Shown piece after piece: positions 10,377 through 23,117 of a stretch of 64,000 bases of DNA. The stretch is from Callorhinchus milii. Lineage: Eukaryota. Below the pieces are notes generated by a model. That model made no database searches and was not told where the DNA came from. It worked only from the letters and a program-made list of their open reading frames with translations. A program made the position numbers and the translations under genes. The DNA is taken from the NCBI RefSeq assembly GCF_018977255.1, contig NW_024704743.1:4466001-4530000 (forward strand), read 5' to 3'. Position 1 is the stretch's first letter. Every line of letters starts with the position of its first letter.

Positions 10377-13300
10377 GTCTCCCCCCTTCTGCCTGGATTT
10401 GAAATGGGGAGAAGAAGAGGGCGAGGGGTGTGTGGGGAGATGCATATATTATATATATATATATATATTTAGAGAGAGAGAGAGAGCAAGGACAGGCAAA
10501 CTTGACATCATTTTTGATTTATGGCAATTCAAGCATCAAAATTGTGTGTGTGTGTGTAAAAATATATATATTTTCTCTCTCTATATATATATGTATATAT
10601 ATATCCCCTCTCTTTCCTCTCCCCCCAGTATATTTGAGCTTGTGGGAGGTGTGTGTGTGTGTGTTTTTTGTAAAAAAAACAGCAATTTTCGATGCATTAT
10701 AATGGATACAGAGAGAGAGAGAGAGAGATGAACAATCATATAAATGGCAATTCAAAATCCAGTCATTTATGTAGATGCACATCTAAAATATGTGTGTGAG
10801 TGAGTGTGTGTGTATACATATATATATATAGGTGTTGTTAAACATATATTTTTTTGGGGGTGGTGGGGGGAGGAAGGGGGGAGGAAGGGGAAACAGAAGA
10901 AGCAATGGGGGAAATTGTACCTAACTTGGCGTAATGTGATGGGGCAGTGGAGTGGGTTACGGTTTAGATGTAAAGGGAGGGGAGGCGGAAAGGCTAAGGA
11001 CATGACTCGGTGTGGCTGGGGCTGGGGGGGTGGGGGGTGGGGGGGGGGGAGATGCTAATTACGGTCATGTTTCTTAAGCTGGATGCGGCTGCCTTGGCAG
11101 TGAATGTTGCCTGGCAGTGTTGGTGGGCGCCAGCTCTCCTGCTGCCAGTCAGTGGGCATCGACGTGTGATGGTGCAAGGGTTGCAAATAACATAAGTTTT
11201 TTGGGGGGGATTGAGCATTGCCAGGAGGGGAGTGGTGGAGAGAGAGAGAGGTGGGGGGGGGGGCGGTTGGTTGGTTGGTTGGTTGGTTGGTACTGGATGG
11301 ATAGATGGATGACATCCATTGCTCTTTGCAGTCTGTTTCCCTGATGTGCAGTACTCTAGTTCTTTCCGGTCGGGAGCAAATCCGAATGAATGAAACCGCA
11401 CACACACACTCACACTCACACGCGCACACATTTGTATTAATCGATGAATTATCCGATGGTGCCGTGTGTGGGTGGGGAGAAAAAAATGACCCATTTCGTG
11501 ACTGCTTGTAAGGGGAAGCGTTTCAGAAGTCGACGATTGATGGCTGCATTGAGTGGAGTGCTTAATCTCCCTTAATTCGGAGATATTTGCAGTAATATTA
11601 GGATGTTTTCCCTCTCTCTCCAAGCGTGTCTGTTGCTTTATTCCCCCGCCCCGTTGCCAGTTCATATGGTCCACAAATTTGGGAAGAGGCTGATATTTAT
11701 CTGGAATCTTATCTTCGTGCCGTTTGTGCCTCAATGCCTCCCAATTCCCAATATTTTTATTTCCCAACCTCCCCCCAAAAAAAATTAGGAAAAAAAAGAG
11801 AAGGAATTATTATTATTAGAAGCCAAGCCCCGACAGAGGAAGTTTTATTCTCTTCTCTCCTTCTCTTTCCCTCTTTCTTTCTTTCTCTCTCTCTCTCTCT
11901 CTCCTTTGGTAAAGGTCAAACCAACGACTGCATCGCGACTGATGTATTTTAACCCTTTCTGGTCTCGATTCTCCCTCCCCCACCCACCCCGCTGTACACA
12001 TTGCCTCGTTGCCATCCAGACAGACCATTTAAACACAGAGCAACCTAGGAATGCCAACAGATCTGTGTTGGGGGGAGGAGAGGGGGTGGGGGGGGGCGAT
12101 GAAGTTTAATAGCATATTTGATAGCATTTGAATCAGCCTCAATTTACTGAACAAATATAATTTTGTATTGTATTATATCTGTGTGTGTGTGTGTGTGTAA
12201 CCCGTTATAGGGTGGACCTATCTCCCCCCCCCCCCCCTTCCCCCCCACCTTACCAACACACGCACACAAACACACACACACACACATATGTATTTAACGG
12301 TCTGAAAGGGCACAAGTCGGAAGCCGAATGAATAGGGAGAGCAGGATTTTTTTTTTTGGTAAACAAACCGCACAGGGTTAATCTGCTTCATGTGTTATTA
12401 ACGAACTCCATTCTCTGGTCCCCCGTTGAACTGTCAGTTTGAAGTTGTCCATATGTGTGCCCTCGTCACATCTTTGTTTAAAACACCAGTTGAACCTAAA
12501 TACAATTCTGGTTTGGCGTTTTACGCCGAGAAGGTTGATTTAGTGCGATCGAACGGCATTGGATGTCACTCGCGATACAGATTTTCCTACGTCCAGGCTT
12601 TTAAATGCCGCTCAATAATATTTTGCTCAAACTTGCGGGGGTGGTGGGGGGGGGGCGTTGACGATTAATCGGTTGGTTTATCTGGTACAAAAGACGCTGC
12701 GTGCGTGGTGGATGATTTGCAAAACACCGATTTCGTTTCTCAGGATCATCATTTAATGTGTGCGCGCGTGTGTGTATATGCGTGTGTGGGTGTGTGTGTT
12801 CGTGTGTGTGTGTGTGTGTGTGTTCGGGCGGGTGGGCGGGGGGGGGGGTGGGTTGGTGCTGCTACATGAGATGGGAATTTGATGTATTTTGATGTGCAAA
12901 AGGACACATTAGAAGCAGGGTGACTTGTGAATCGGAAAGGGCTCGTGTTTCTAGATTCAGTCTGTGAATTGGGAATAATGTGGTTGAACATTACAAGTTG
13001 TCAGGGGTGACTCTCCAGTATCGCAGAATGAAACATTTATTGAAATGAGCACTCGAGCTGTGAATTGCAACTACTGCATTATGGAGCTTGACATATCACC
13101 CTGATTTGTCCATATATTGTCGTCTCTCTTCCTCTCTTCTCTCCTAACCCTCTGATGGAAGCCCGTGTCCTTAATGCACTCCAGGCTGCAAGAAGTAAGC
13201 GTGGGTGGAAAGCTTGCTAGACGGCAATATCGGTGGCAAGCCGATGCGGCTGTCGCTGGTTAGACCCCAGCAGTTACCCCCAACGCACACTCTGGGCTCC

Positions 13301-14628
13301 CCCCAAAGCCTTGGGTCTTACCGACCTGCGCCTAATACTTTCCGGAATTAGGTAAAGCAGGATGCGTCCATCCAGGGAGAGAGAGAGCATATTCCAATCC
13401 AACAATTTATCTCTGGGTCTTCCACGTGTAGGTGGGATTCATGGGAGTCTCAACTTGGTTTAGAGCATCTTAAGCCGGTGATGGGTATCCGCACGTGTCA
13501 GACACCCGGCTGACCCACTCTCACTTGCCCCCCCACCCTCACATCCCCCCCCAAAAAAAATCTCTCCTCTTCCCCCATGCACACAATTTTAATCAACATT
13601 CCTTTTAATCAGGATGACTTTCCTCGAAGATGCAGTCGTTCCAACGCAGCCTTTTCTGTTGCTGTGGGAAAAGTGCAATAAATGCCTCCTATAATTGCGA
13701 TCTTTCCTGTTGCTGGTGGCGTTGGTTTCAATTCCGAATGACGACATGAGCCCCTGGAACCCCTTTCAGAAATGTGATCGCGACCATCATCATCATCGCT
13801 CTGATCATTGGAAGTCTGCACAGTGTTCCTCTGGTGAATCAGAATTGTCTTGGGTCTGTGACATAGACAGGCAGCGTAAGTGGGTTTGAGATATAGGAAA
13901 ATTGACAGGATGATTGATGCAGTATTTTCTCCCCTTCCCCCAACTATTCGCAAGATCTTGTAGAAAATATTATTGTGCAACAAGTCGCGTGCATCCGATA
14001 ATTAGCGGGTTCATGAACCGTGGGACCGGGAAGGAAAGAAGGTTTAAGTATAGTTAATTCAACCCGACTTTCTAAATGTAATTACCGGTACTTTCGAAAG
14101 ACGGTCTCCTTCTGGCGAGCGCAATTTATTTGCTTTCTTCTTTTCCCTTTTTGCATCGACAAAAATAGCTATTTTCTCTTTTTTTTTCAAAAGAAATTGA
14201 AGCACCTTTTCTCTTTGCTGTTAGAAGTCGAGTGGATTCCATCGGTGAACATCTATAGAGCGTGTTAACGCGGCGCAAAATATATTTAAATAAGGAGCCT
14301 TTGTGTCACACTTAGTGGGTGCAGCCAAATGTGCTTGAAAATCTAGCGGAGGGAGGGAGAGAGAGAGATGATTTTCTTTCTTTCTTTCTTAGCTTAACTG
14401 AACGTTTTGTCATTTTGAGGATATTTTCGAGTTATTTTATACCTCGAAACGTCTTTGATTTACACGCACACCTGTGGTTTACTTCAGTAACATTAGCAAT
14501 AATATTAGTTATTAAAATGGCACAGAGCATAGCGTCACCATCATATGGGACAGAGAATACTAACTTGTATATTTGCAACTTGTCTTGAAAAGGGTCACTG
14601 TGACCAATCTCTGTGACCAATCCGAACC

Positions 14629-15320
14629 TTTCGACACAGTATTTCTCCCCCACATCCAAGCCATGACCCGCTCTGCCTTCCCTCACCTCCATAACATCGC
14701 CCGACTCCGCCACTACCTCACCCCTCAGGCGCTGAAACTCTTGTTCATCCCCTCCAGGCTCGACTATGCAAACGCTCTGCTTGTCGGCCTTCCCAACTCC
14801 TCCCTCCACAGACTGCAGATAATCCAGAACTCTGCAGCCCGTGTCCTCTCCCATCTCCCCCATTCTCACCCGACTCCATTGGCTCCCTATCCTTCAGAGG
14901 ATCCAGTTCAAGATCCTGGTCCTCACCTGCAAAGCCCTCCGTGGCCTCGCCCCACCCTACCTCTGGACCTCCTAACCCCCTACCAACCCACTCGTTCCCT
15001 CCGCTCAGCCGGCTCTGTCCTGCTCCACGTCCCTCGACCCACCCGCCCCACCATTGGCGGGAGAGCCTTCAGCCACTCTGCCCCCAACCTCTGGAATTCC
15101 ATCCCCCAGTCACTCCGCCTCACCACCTCCTTAGCCTCCTTCAAGTCCCGTCTCAAGACCCTCCTCTTCGACCATGCCATCGGCCACTGCCCTTCCCCTC
15201 CCCTCCCTTCTCCCCCCTGACCTCAGCTCGGGTCTGAAATGCTGTACTCTGTCCAGCGCCTTGGGACGTCCTCCCGACGTGAGAGGCGCTGTACCAATGT
15301 AATCTTGTTGTTGTTGTTGT
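14629..15320 (+). mobile_element. L2 LINE 5'-truncated copy (ORF2 C-terminal region + 3' UTR)
   Basis: SRLDYANALLVGLP..LQIIQNSAARV..LWNSIP..SFKSRLKTLLF motifs typical of L2 ORF2; tail stem-loop CAGCGCCTTGGGACGTCCTCCCGACGTGAGAGGCGCTG and (TTG)n. Confidence 0.93.
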
Positions 15321-15345
15321 GAATACCAAAATAGGTATATTATTA

Positions 15346-15590
15346 GGTGTCAGCCTGGCTCATTAGGGTAACAACTCTCGCCTTTTGAGTCAGAAAGCTC
15401 TGTAGCTTTGTCGTGACTTTGAGGTCAAAGTCTGGGCTGGGTTTGGGTACTGATGCATTGTCAGAGTTGCCAAACTTCTGCTTCGATGTTAAACAGACTT
15501 CCCGTCCCGTCTGCCAGTTCAGATGGGCGTAGTGTGTTCCCGTGGCCCTATTTGAAAAGAGAAGAGAATCGTCCCTGATCATGGGAGATA
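15346..15590 (+). mobile_element. Deu-like SINE, degenerate
   Basis: GTCAGCCTGGCTCA head and GCCCTATTTGAAAAGAGAAG core. Confidence 0.65.
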
Positions 15591-15747
15591 TTTGCAACAT
15601 CTTCTTCCTAAAATCAAAGGAAAATGTATGAGCCCATACACGAGTGCTCTGTATCCTGAGAATCAGTGTGGCCATTGCTGTCTTTCGCCTTTATGTCTTG
15701 GGTGTTGACGTTGATTTGGAAGTGACATGGAATGATGGAATGACACG

Positions 15748-16084
15748 GTGGAGTCCTGTGGCGTATTGGTTAGAAAACTTGCTTCGCAAGCGAGAGGATC
15801 CGGGTTCAACTCCCGGGTAGGGTAAAACCTCAGGCAAGTTTCCTTACTCCGCACGCCTCTGGAGGAACCCGGTTTTTTCCGGGGGTAAAAATTTATTTTT
15901 AGAAAGAATAATAATTTGCTCACTCAATCCACCGTTTGTGGGGACGCTGCTGTGCGCAATTGGCTGCCGCGTTTCGCCCACAAAATATACCGTCAATTCA
16001 CTTTACGCACTTTCTGTGACGCGCTTTGAGACGTCTCAACGACGTGATAAGGCGCTGTATCAAATGCAAGGATTATTATTATTA
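15748..16084 (+). mobile_element. tRNA-derived SINE (long subfamily, partial central deletion)
   Basis: Head with A/B boxes, shared 3' half, (TTA)n tail. Confidence 0.88.
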
Positions 16085-16822
16085 TGGTACTGTTGAATAC
16101 TGTGTTGCTATTCTCTTTCGATTCTCTCCTCCCTCCTTCCCCTCCATCCTCCCCTTAGTAGCTCGGACTTGAAGTTAAATAAAATTTAACAAGGGGGCAG
16201 TTGTTTGATTTCTTTTAATTTTTTGCCGTGGCCGCTGCCTGTTTCTGTACACAGCGTTGCCCCAGAGGGACAGAGCGGTTTCCAGTAGCTAATGGGGATA
16301 TTAACGTCAGATTCCTATGCAAATTCTACAAATATCGGTAGCCGTTTCATAGAGAATGTGACATATAGGCATCCGTGAGTAAAAAAAAGTTGGGCTGCAT
16401 ATACACATAGCTCAGGCAAAATGCAATGACATATTTAGGCTCTTTGAAATAGAAATCTGTGCACGTCTCAGGTCACTCTGAAAGTCTGATTTTTAGTTGG
16501 ATTTCTTTCTTCTTAAATTTCTAAATTGAATAGCAAAATGTTTCCATGTTCTGGGAGATTATAGCTTTGTTACATATTATTAGATGTTAGTCCATTTTTG
16601 GTTGATATTAAAGTGAGGCCCCCATCCTGTGCGCAATTGGCTGCCACGTTTCGCTCACAAAATATACAGTTAATTCCCTTTACAGTATATCCTGTGAAGC
16701 ACTTTGAGACGTCCCGAAGACGTGATGAGGCACTAAATAAAATTCAAGGATTATTATTATTATTATTCAGGTGGTTGTTGCAAAATTACAAAGGAGTTTC
16801 TCTTGGTACTGTAGCCAACAAC

Positions 16823-17147
16823 AATAATAATAATAATAATCGTTGCACTTGATATAGCGCTTTTCACGTCGGGAGGACGTCCCAAAGCGCTTCGCAGAAC
16901 ACACTGTAAAGTGAATTGACTGTATATTTGTGGGCGAACGCGGCAGCCAATTGCGCACAGCAATGTCCCACAAACGGTCGTAGATTGAAAATAACCAATT
17001 TATTATTGTTTTGGGTTTTGGAGGGATTATTATTAGGCTCTGTGTGGAGTAAGGAAACTTGCCCAAGGTTTCGCCCTCTGCCTGGAATTGAACTCGGGTC
17101 TCTCGCTTGCAAAGCGAGCGCTCAACCACTGAGCTACAGCACTCCAC
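16823..17147 (-). mobile_element. tRNA-derived SINE, short young subfamily
   Basis: Near-identical to 3206-3531; CTCCC-loop tail. Confidence 0.92.
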
Positions 17148-17777
17148 GACAACACTAAAGGAGTGGTCATTCTCTTCATGACTGGTCGTGGGACATTTCT
17201 GTGTATATTTCTGTGTACAAATTGGCTTCTGCGCTTGCTTAAAAAATATGCAATCACTAACCACGCTTCACAGTAAAAGGTTGTGAAGCACTTTGAGACG
17301 TACTGGCGACGTATTACGTTGCTATATCCAATTCAGGGATTATTACTGCCCCCCTCTAACTCCTCATTCTGTTCTGAATGGAATTGTAGTTTAGTGCCCT
17401 CTGGTTTCTACCTGATAATTTCAGTTTGTCGTCCTGATCAAAATCGATTTCTTTTTATACATAAAAGAATACATTAGTTCATCCGAGACGTGTGTTTGAT
17501 AAAACGAGTTCCAATCAATCCGCTCGACAGTGATGTAATTGTAACTCGAAGTTCATTAGTACGACACAATCAATTCAAATCACTTCAGCTCTGAAGTAAG
17601 GATCTAAATTTAATTAAATGGCATCTTTTGAGTCCCAATGTAAGTACTTGCACTTTCAGTCAATCCATTTTAAAATTGAAAAGAGGGTTGCATTCGCTGT
17701 GCAGGTCTAGTTAAAAATAAAGCCAGTAAGGTGGAATTTGCGACAGTTTGTTCGGAGTCCAGAGTGAATCATTTATT

Positions 17778-18325
17778 GTGGAATCCTGTAGCTCAGTGGT
17801 TAGAGCGCTCGCCTCACAAGCGAGAGGACCCGGGTTCGATTCCCGGGCAGGGTGAAACGTTTGGCAAGTTCCCTTACTCCACACGCCTCTGTTTACGTGG
17901 CAGTAAGTAGGAACCCGGTTGTTACTCGACTGTCGGATCGCTTTTCCTGGTGTAATAATGCCTCCAAATAAATAAATAAATTAATTAATAATAATAATAA
18001 TAATTTGGTCACTCAATCCACGACTGTTTGTGGGACACTGCTGTGCGCAATTGGCCGAAAGTGTTCGGGGCAACGCAGCAAAGTTGATGTTGTACCACAA
18101 CATTTTGATTCGCCCACAAAATCTACAGTCAATTCGCTTTACAGTACATTCTGTGAAGCGCTTTGAGACGTCTCGAAGACGTGAAAAGGCGCCGTATGAG
18201 AGGTGACCCGATTCCCCCAGCTCAGGACCGAAACATCCAGCGCCTTGGGACGTCCTCCCGACGTGAAAGGCGCTACACAAATATAATTTTGTTGTTGTTG
18301 TGCAACCAGTGCAAGGATTATTCTT
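17778..18325 (+). mobile_element. tRNA-derived SINE, long subfamily, with nested L2 tail (~18205-18300)
   Basis: Intact A/B boxes and central block; the tail is interrupted by CAGCGCCTTGGGACGTCCTCCCGACGTGAAAGGCGCT...(TTG)n. Confidence 0.88.
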
Positions 18326-19669
18326 ATTCTTACCCAAATCCCCCCCCACAGTCAAGCAGGTGATTGTGAAAGCGGGAATAAACAGCTGCTATGAAACGTC
18401 ACAACTTGTTTCGTCACCAAAATGTTGGAAACTAATCAGCGCCAATAACATGCCACCAAAAACAGCAATGAAATAACCATCAAGTAATGCGTTGTTCGGG
18501 TGTGTGTCTGGCCCAGGCTCCAGGGAGAACCGCCTGCTCTTTCAGGCGAGACATTTAACATCCTCCTGAAGTACCGGAGCAGGGAAACATGACCTTGGTT
18601 AAATCTCACCCGAGCGGTGGTGCCTCCCAACAACTCAGCGGTCCCTCACCACCGCACTGCGGTGTGATATTGCTGACAGACTCCCGACCTGACACGGGCT
18701 TGATCTTCCACCTACACCCTTTGTGCGTCAGCCTGGCACAGTGATAGCCCTCTCGCCTGCGAGTCAGATGGTTGTAGGTGAAAGCACCTCACCAGGAGTT
18801 GGAATGGCCTAGTCTATAAGCTGACGCTCCAATGCACTACCTTCAGGCACTCCAGGGCCTATGGAACTGTTCCAACCCCCTAAATAACAGTATTGCTTCC
18901 ATTATAGCACCTTTTGCTTCAGCGATACGTCTCAAAGCGCTTCACCAAATTACGTTCCTTGGAAACGAAGCGAATGCTGTTATGGATGCAAACACAGCAG
19001 CGACGTTTTGGCAAGGACAGGGAGATGAGTGGTCAATCGAGTAAGAGGTTTTTTTGAGTGGGGTGGGGGAGGGGGTGGTGAGGGATGGTGGACGAATTTG
19101 AATGAAGAAGGGAGCGCAAAATGGGACGCGACGGGGAGAAAAACTCCCAATTATTTTCCTGCAGAAGAAAGGTTAAAGGGAGTGGGAATAGTGAATTGTA
19201 TGAATTGTTTGTCTGTGTTCTCGGCTGTCTGCATCCTGAAGAGTCCCACTGGTGTCTGACTGACAAGCATGGCGCTGCCATAACCCAAAGGGAAACCTTT
19301 TTGCTCACGCTTGAGATGACGTGAGCACAACAGTTGACTGGTCCCCAGTTTGCATTGCCCAAATCTCCAGATGAAGTTACAGCTGCTTGACGTGACTCCG
19401 AAAGCAATAAACGATGTATTATGATTATTATTATTACTTATTATTAATCCCTGACTGTGTCCAGCGCCTTGGGATGTCCTCCCGACATGAAAGGCGCTGT
19501 ACAAATGTAAGTTGTTGCTGTCGTTGTTAGGCTGTTGTCATTTGTCGAGGTCTTTGACACGAAAGACATTGAACTTGTCCCGCCAGCATGATTTAATTAA
19601 TTTTCATTGACTTTGTGTAATGTACCTTGAATGACAAATCCCTCCCCCCCAAAGTCTTTCGTAATGCTT

Positions 19670-20085
19670 GCGTGTGGCATAGCGCCTTTCACGTCGGGAG
19701 GGTGTTACAAAACATTTCACAGGGTCTTATTCTATAGTGGGTCGACTGCATTTTTTGTAGGGGAACTTGACAGCTAATTTGTGAACAGCAATGTCTCACA
19801 AACAGCCAGGAAGTGAATGATTAACTTTATGTAGGAGAATGGTTGGTTAAGCCAGGACACCGGGAGAAGCTCCCTTCCCTCTTTTCGAATAGCGCCACGG
19901 GATCTTTAACGTCCACCTGGTTATTGGCTCCTCGGAAAGTAGACACCTCTGACATTACAACGTGCATTGGGCTGGAATGTCAGTCCAGACTATGTGAGTT
20001 TAAAGTCCCAATGTTGGGCTTCAATGAACACAAATACCTTCTGACTCCCAGCCGGGAGTGTGACTGACTGAGCCGGCCTGACACC
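19670..20085 (-). mobile_element. Deu-like SINE, near full length
   Basis: Head (rc GTGTCAGGCCGGCTCAGTC), Deu-like core (rc GGTGGACGTTAAAGATCCCGTGGCGCTATTCGAAAAGAG), shared 3' half. Confidence 0.8.
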
Positions 20086-20976
20086 ACGTCAAAGTCCTCT
20101 AAATTATTCTTTCATGGTTTTTTTTTTAATTCCAAGTTCACTGGAGACGAACGGGAAGCAGATTTTTGGGTGTCAGCACAAGTGCTGAAACGATTCCTGC
20201 TGTGCCACTGACAATTAGAAACGTAATCTCGAGCTGACCGCGCTATATATTTGGACCAAGACACGCACATTCGTTTAGCAGATACTTTGGCTTTCCTTTT
20301 TATTTGCTCGCTGATCTTACGCTTTGCATGTTTGGCAGTCTGTTGATTGACAGAGATTCAAGGCTCTTTTTTTTTCATACTTAGGAGGGGAATTGCATTT
20401 CCACGTAGGCCGTCCCTTCAGTTCTCTCTCACGTTTTCTGATGTGATGCACTTCATATTGTGAGAGTTAATGTGAATTGACTTCGGCCCCGACCCCCTCT
20501 ACCTGTCTGAGTTCCGCACACCCTAAACAGCACACTACCCCGGTGTTGTGCGTTCCGCTGTCTGAAATCCTTTCGTTTGATCTCTTTTACTATTGCTGTG
20601 CGGTGCGATCCCTCCTGTGTCAAAGATCTCGTTGAAATATGCGAAGGTTTTTGTTGGTTTTGTTAACTAGCCGTGGAAGACGAAAATGTTTGGGTCTATT
20701 TGATACTCTTCCTGTAGCGTAACTAGAGCTGATATCTTTGTGGCCTTTAGAGGATTGCAGTCATGCCTGATGGATGAATTAAGCGCCCGGATGTTGTGTT
20801 TGGCAGTTGTCGATGTTGTGGTTGGTAAATGGGAGTGTGGCACGTTAGGGGTTCTGGCGCAGAGTGGGTGGAGAATCATCGAACGAAGTGTCAAACCTAC
20901 CTGGAAAATGTGGATTGGGGCTGTGGTGTTTTTACAGAAGCTTTACCACTCCGTGATTTCTGGAACTCCGTGATTG

Positions 20977-21313
20977 GAGACCTGTCGCTCAGTGGTCAGA
21001 GCACTCGCCTCGCAAGCGAGAGACCTGGGTTCGATTCCCGGCAGGGGCCGAAACCTTGGGCAACTTTCCTCACTCCACACCCCTGATAATAATCCCTCAA
21101 GAAAAAAAAAACAAGAAAAATAAAATTGGTCACTTCAATCCACGACTGTTTGTGGGACACTGCTGTGCGCAATTGGCTGTTGCATTTCGCCGCCCACATA
21201 TTATACAGTCAATTCACTTTAAGGTCTATCCTGTGAAACGCTTTGAGACGTCCAGAAGACGTGAAAAGCGCTATATCAAATGCAAGGATTATTACTACTA
21301 TTGTTGTTATTAT
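20977..21313 (+). mobile_element. tRNA-derived SINE, short intermediate subfamily
   Basis: Lacks the central block; tail loop GACGTCCAGAAGACGT. Confidence 0.88.
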
Positions 21314-21363
21314 TTCTAATGACATCTGCTGACAAAAATTATTTTGTTCCCGTATCTGTTATT

Positions 21364-21681
21364 CTCTTTGACCGAGCCTTCAGCTCCCCTCTCGACTCTC
21401 TTCCCCCTCCTCGCTCCCTCCCTTCCCTCCCCTCACCCTGACCATTTCCCCCCTCCTCGCTCCCTCCCTTCCCTCCCCTCACCCTGACCATTTCCCCCTC
21501 CTCGCTCCCTCCCTTCCCTCCCTTCACCCTGACCATTTCCCCCCTCCTCGCTCCCTCCCTTCCCTCCCCTCACCCTGACCATTTCCCCCCTGCTCGGGTC
21601 ATGACCCAACTGTGCAGCGCCTTGGGACGTCCTCCTGACGTGAAAGGCGCTTTATAAATGGAATCTTGTTGTTGTTGTTGT
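21364..21681 (+). mobile_element. L2 3' end with internal 45-46 bp x4 tandem expansion
   Basis: Matches the 3' UTR of the L2 at 62911-63090; unit TCCTCGCTCCCTCCCTTCCCTCCCCTCACCCTGACCATTTCCCCC repeated four times. Confidence 0.88.
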
Positions 21682-22291
21682 ATTGGTACCGAACGTAAGT
21701 TAAGGTAATCCAGAGTTAAAATTTTAAGGTTAAAATCGAGGAACAGCCCAGAAATGAAGCACCTTACTTAATTGCGAGGGTTGTCGAGTTCCAGGATTGA
21801 AGTGATTCCAGCTCATCTGTCACAGTTGGGGACGAATTCTCTCTCAATAATCCTTGAATTTCAGCCAGTCAGCCTGGCTCCCTTTTGTAGCTCTTTTGCC
21901 TCTTGAGTTCATGTGGCTCTCGGTAGGATAGCGTCTTGGAGCGTTTCACGAAGACGGGTTTGGATCCCGAGCAAAGGCTGAAGGTGTGGTTGAAAAGATG
22001 AATATTTTTTTGAAAAAAAATGTTTAACCTGATTGTAAGCGTTTCTGGCATTTGTGTGCTCTGAAAATCTGTTGACAATCAAATGCTTAGATATTGTCAG
22101 CTTCTGCTGGGTACGGTGGGGTGGGGTGGGGGGGAAGGGGGGTTGAGAGAGAGAGAGAGATATGAAGAGCTGTGATGCTTGATTGTACGTACAATTGGCT
22201 GTATCCGTTTCGGCTTCGCTCGCAACCAAAGGATTCAATATGGACTGTAGATTGACACACCGACAGACATTTTGTCTTTATCTAGACTCAG

Positions 22292-22592
22292 TTGGAGGAC
22301 CCCTGTTGGGAGGACCCCTGTTGGGAGGACCCAGTGGGAGGACTCCTGTTTGGAAGGACCCCTGTGGGAGGACACCCTGGTTGGGAGGACACCCAGGTTG
22401 GGAAGACACCCTGGTTGGGAGGACCCCTGTGGGAGGACACCCTGGTTGGGAGGACACCCTGGTTGGGAGGACCCCTGTTGGGAGGACTCAGTGGGAGGAC
22501 ACCCTGGCTGGGAGGACCCCTGTGGGAGGACACCCTGGTTGGGAGGACACCCTGGTTGGGAGGACCCTTCTGGGAGGACTCCTGTTGGAGAG
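22292..22592. repeat. GC-rich minisatellite, 14-17 bp units GGAGGACACCCTGGTTG / GGAGGACCCCTGTG
   Basis: About 20 tandem variant units seen directly. Confidence 0.92.
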
Positions 22593-22670
22593 GTCTCCTT
22601 GTTGGAGTGCATACATGTGTGATGAGCTTGTTTAGGTCATAGCTTTCCTCTGTCGCTACTTTATTGCAGT

Positions 22671-22800
22671 GTATATTATTATAGATGTATCTGTCTCTGG
22701 AGAGTGTGTGATTTTCTCTGTTGATATTTTGTTGAGTATATTATTATAGATGTATCCGTCTGGAAGGATGTGGGATTTTCTCTGTCGATATTTTGTTGCA
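22671..22800. repeat. ~65 bp tandem duplication
   Basis: GTATATTATTATAGATGTATC...GATTTTCTCTGT(T/C)GATATTTTGTTG occurs twice in tandem. Confidence 0.85.
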
Positions 22801-22902
22801 GAATACCACACGTACCTCATATCTTGGAGCTTAATTGAATCATTTTTCAATACAGTTCATCAAATATGCCCACTCCCCTATGCAAAACCTTTCCGATGAG
22901 TT

Positions 22903-23117
22903 ATAATAATAATCCCTCCAAAACCCCAAACAATAATAAATTGGTAATTTTCAATCCATGACTGTTTGTGGGACATCGCTGTGCACAATTGGCTGCCGCG
23001 TTCGCCCACAAATATACAGTCAATTCACTTTCCTGTGAAGTTCTGTGAAGCGCTTTGGGACGTCCTCCCGATGTGAAAAGCGCTATATCAAATGCAAGGA
23101 TTATTATTATTATTATA
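22903..23117 (+). mobile_element. 5'-truncated SINE, short young subfamily
   Basis: 3' half with CTCCC-loop tail and (TTA)n. Confidence 0.85.

Noticed and set aside
13190..13290. Small stem-loops (GCTTGC/GCAAGC, GCTGG/CCAGC) suggesting a structured RNA or ribozyme
   Set aside because: Stems of only 5-6 bp are expected by chance; no hammerhead or HDV core motifs recognised.
17782..17854. Bona fide tRNA genes at SINE heads
   Set aside because: Each runs directly into SINE body and tail, has an imperfect acceptor stem and lacks an adjacent oligo-T terminator; called SINE instead.
22183..22642. Six-frame open ORFs with repeated peptides (GGHPGWEDTLVGRTP)
   Set aside because: Stop-free minisatellite; no splice or homology support.
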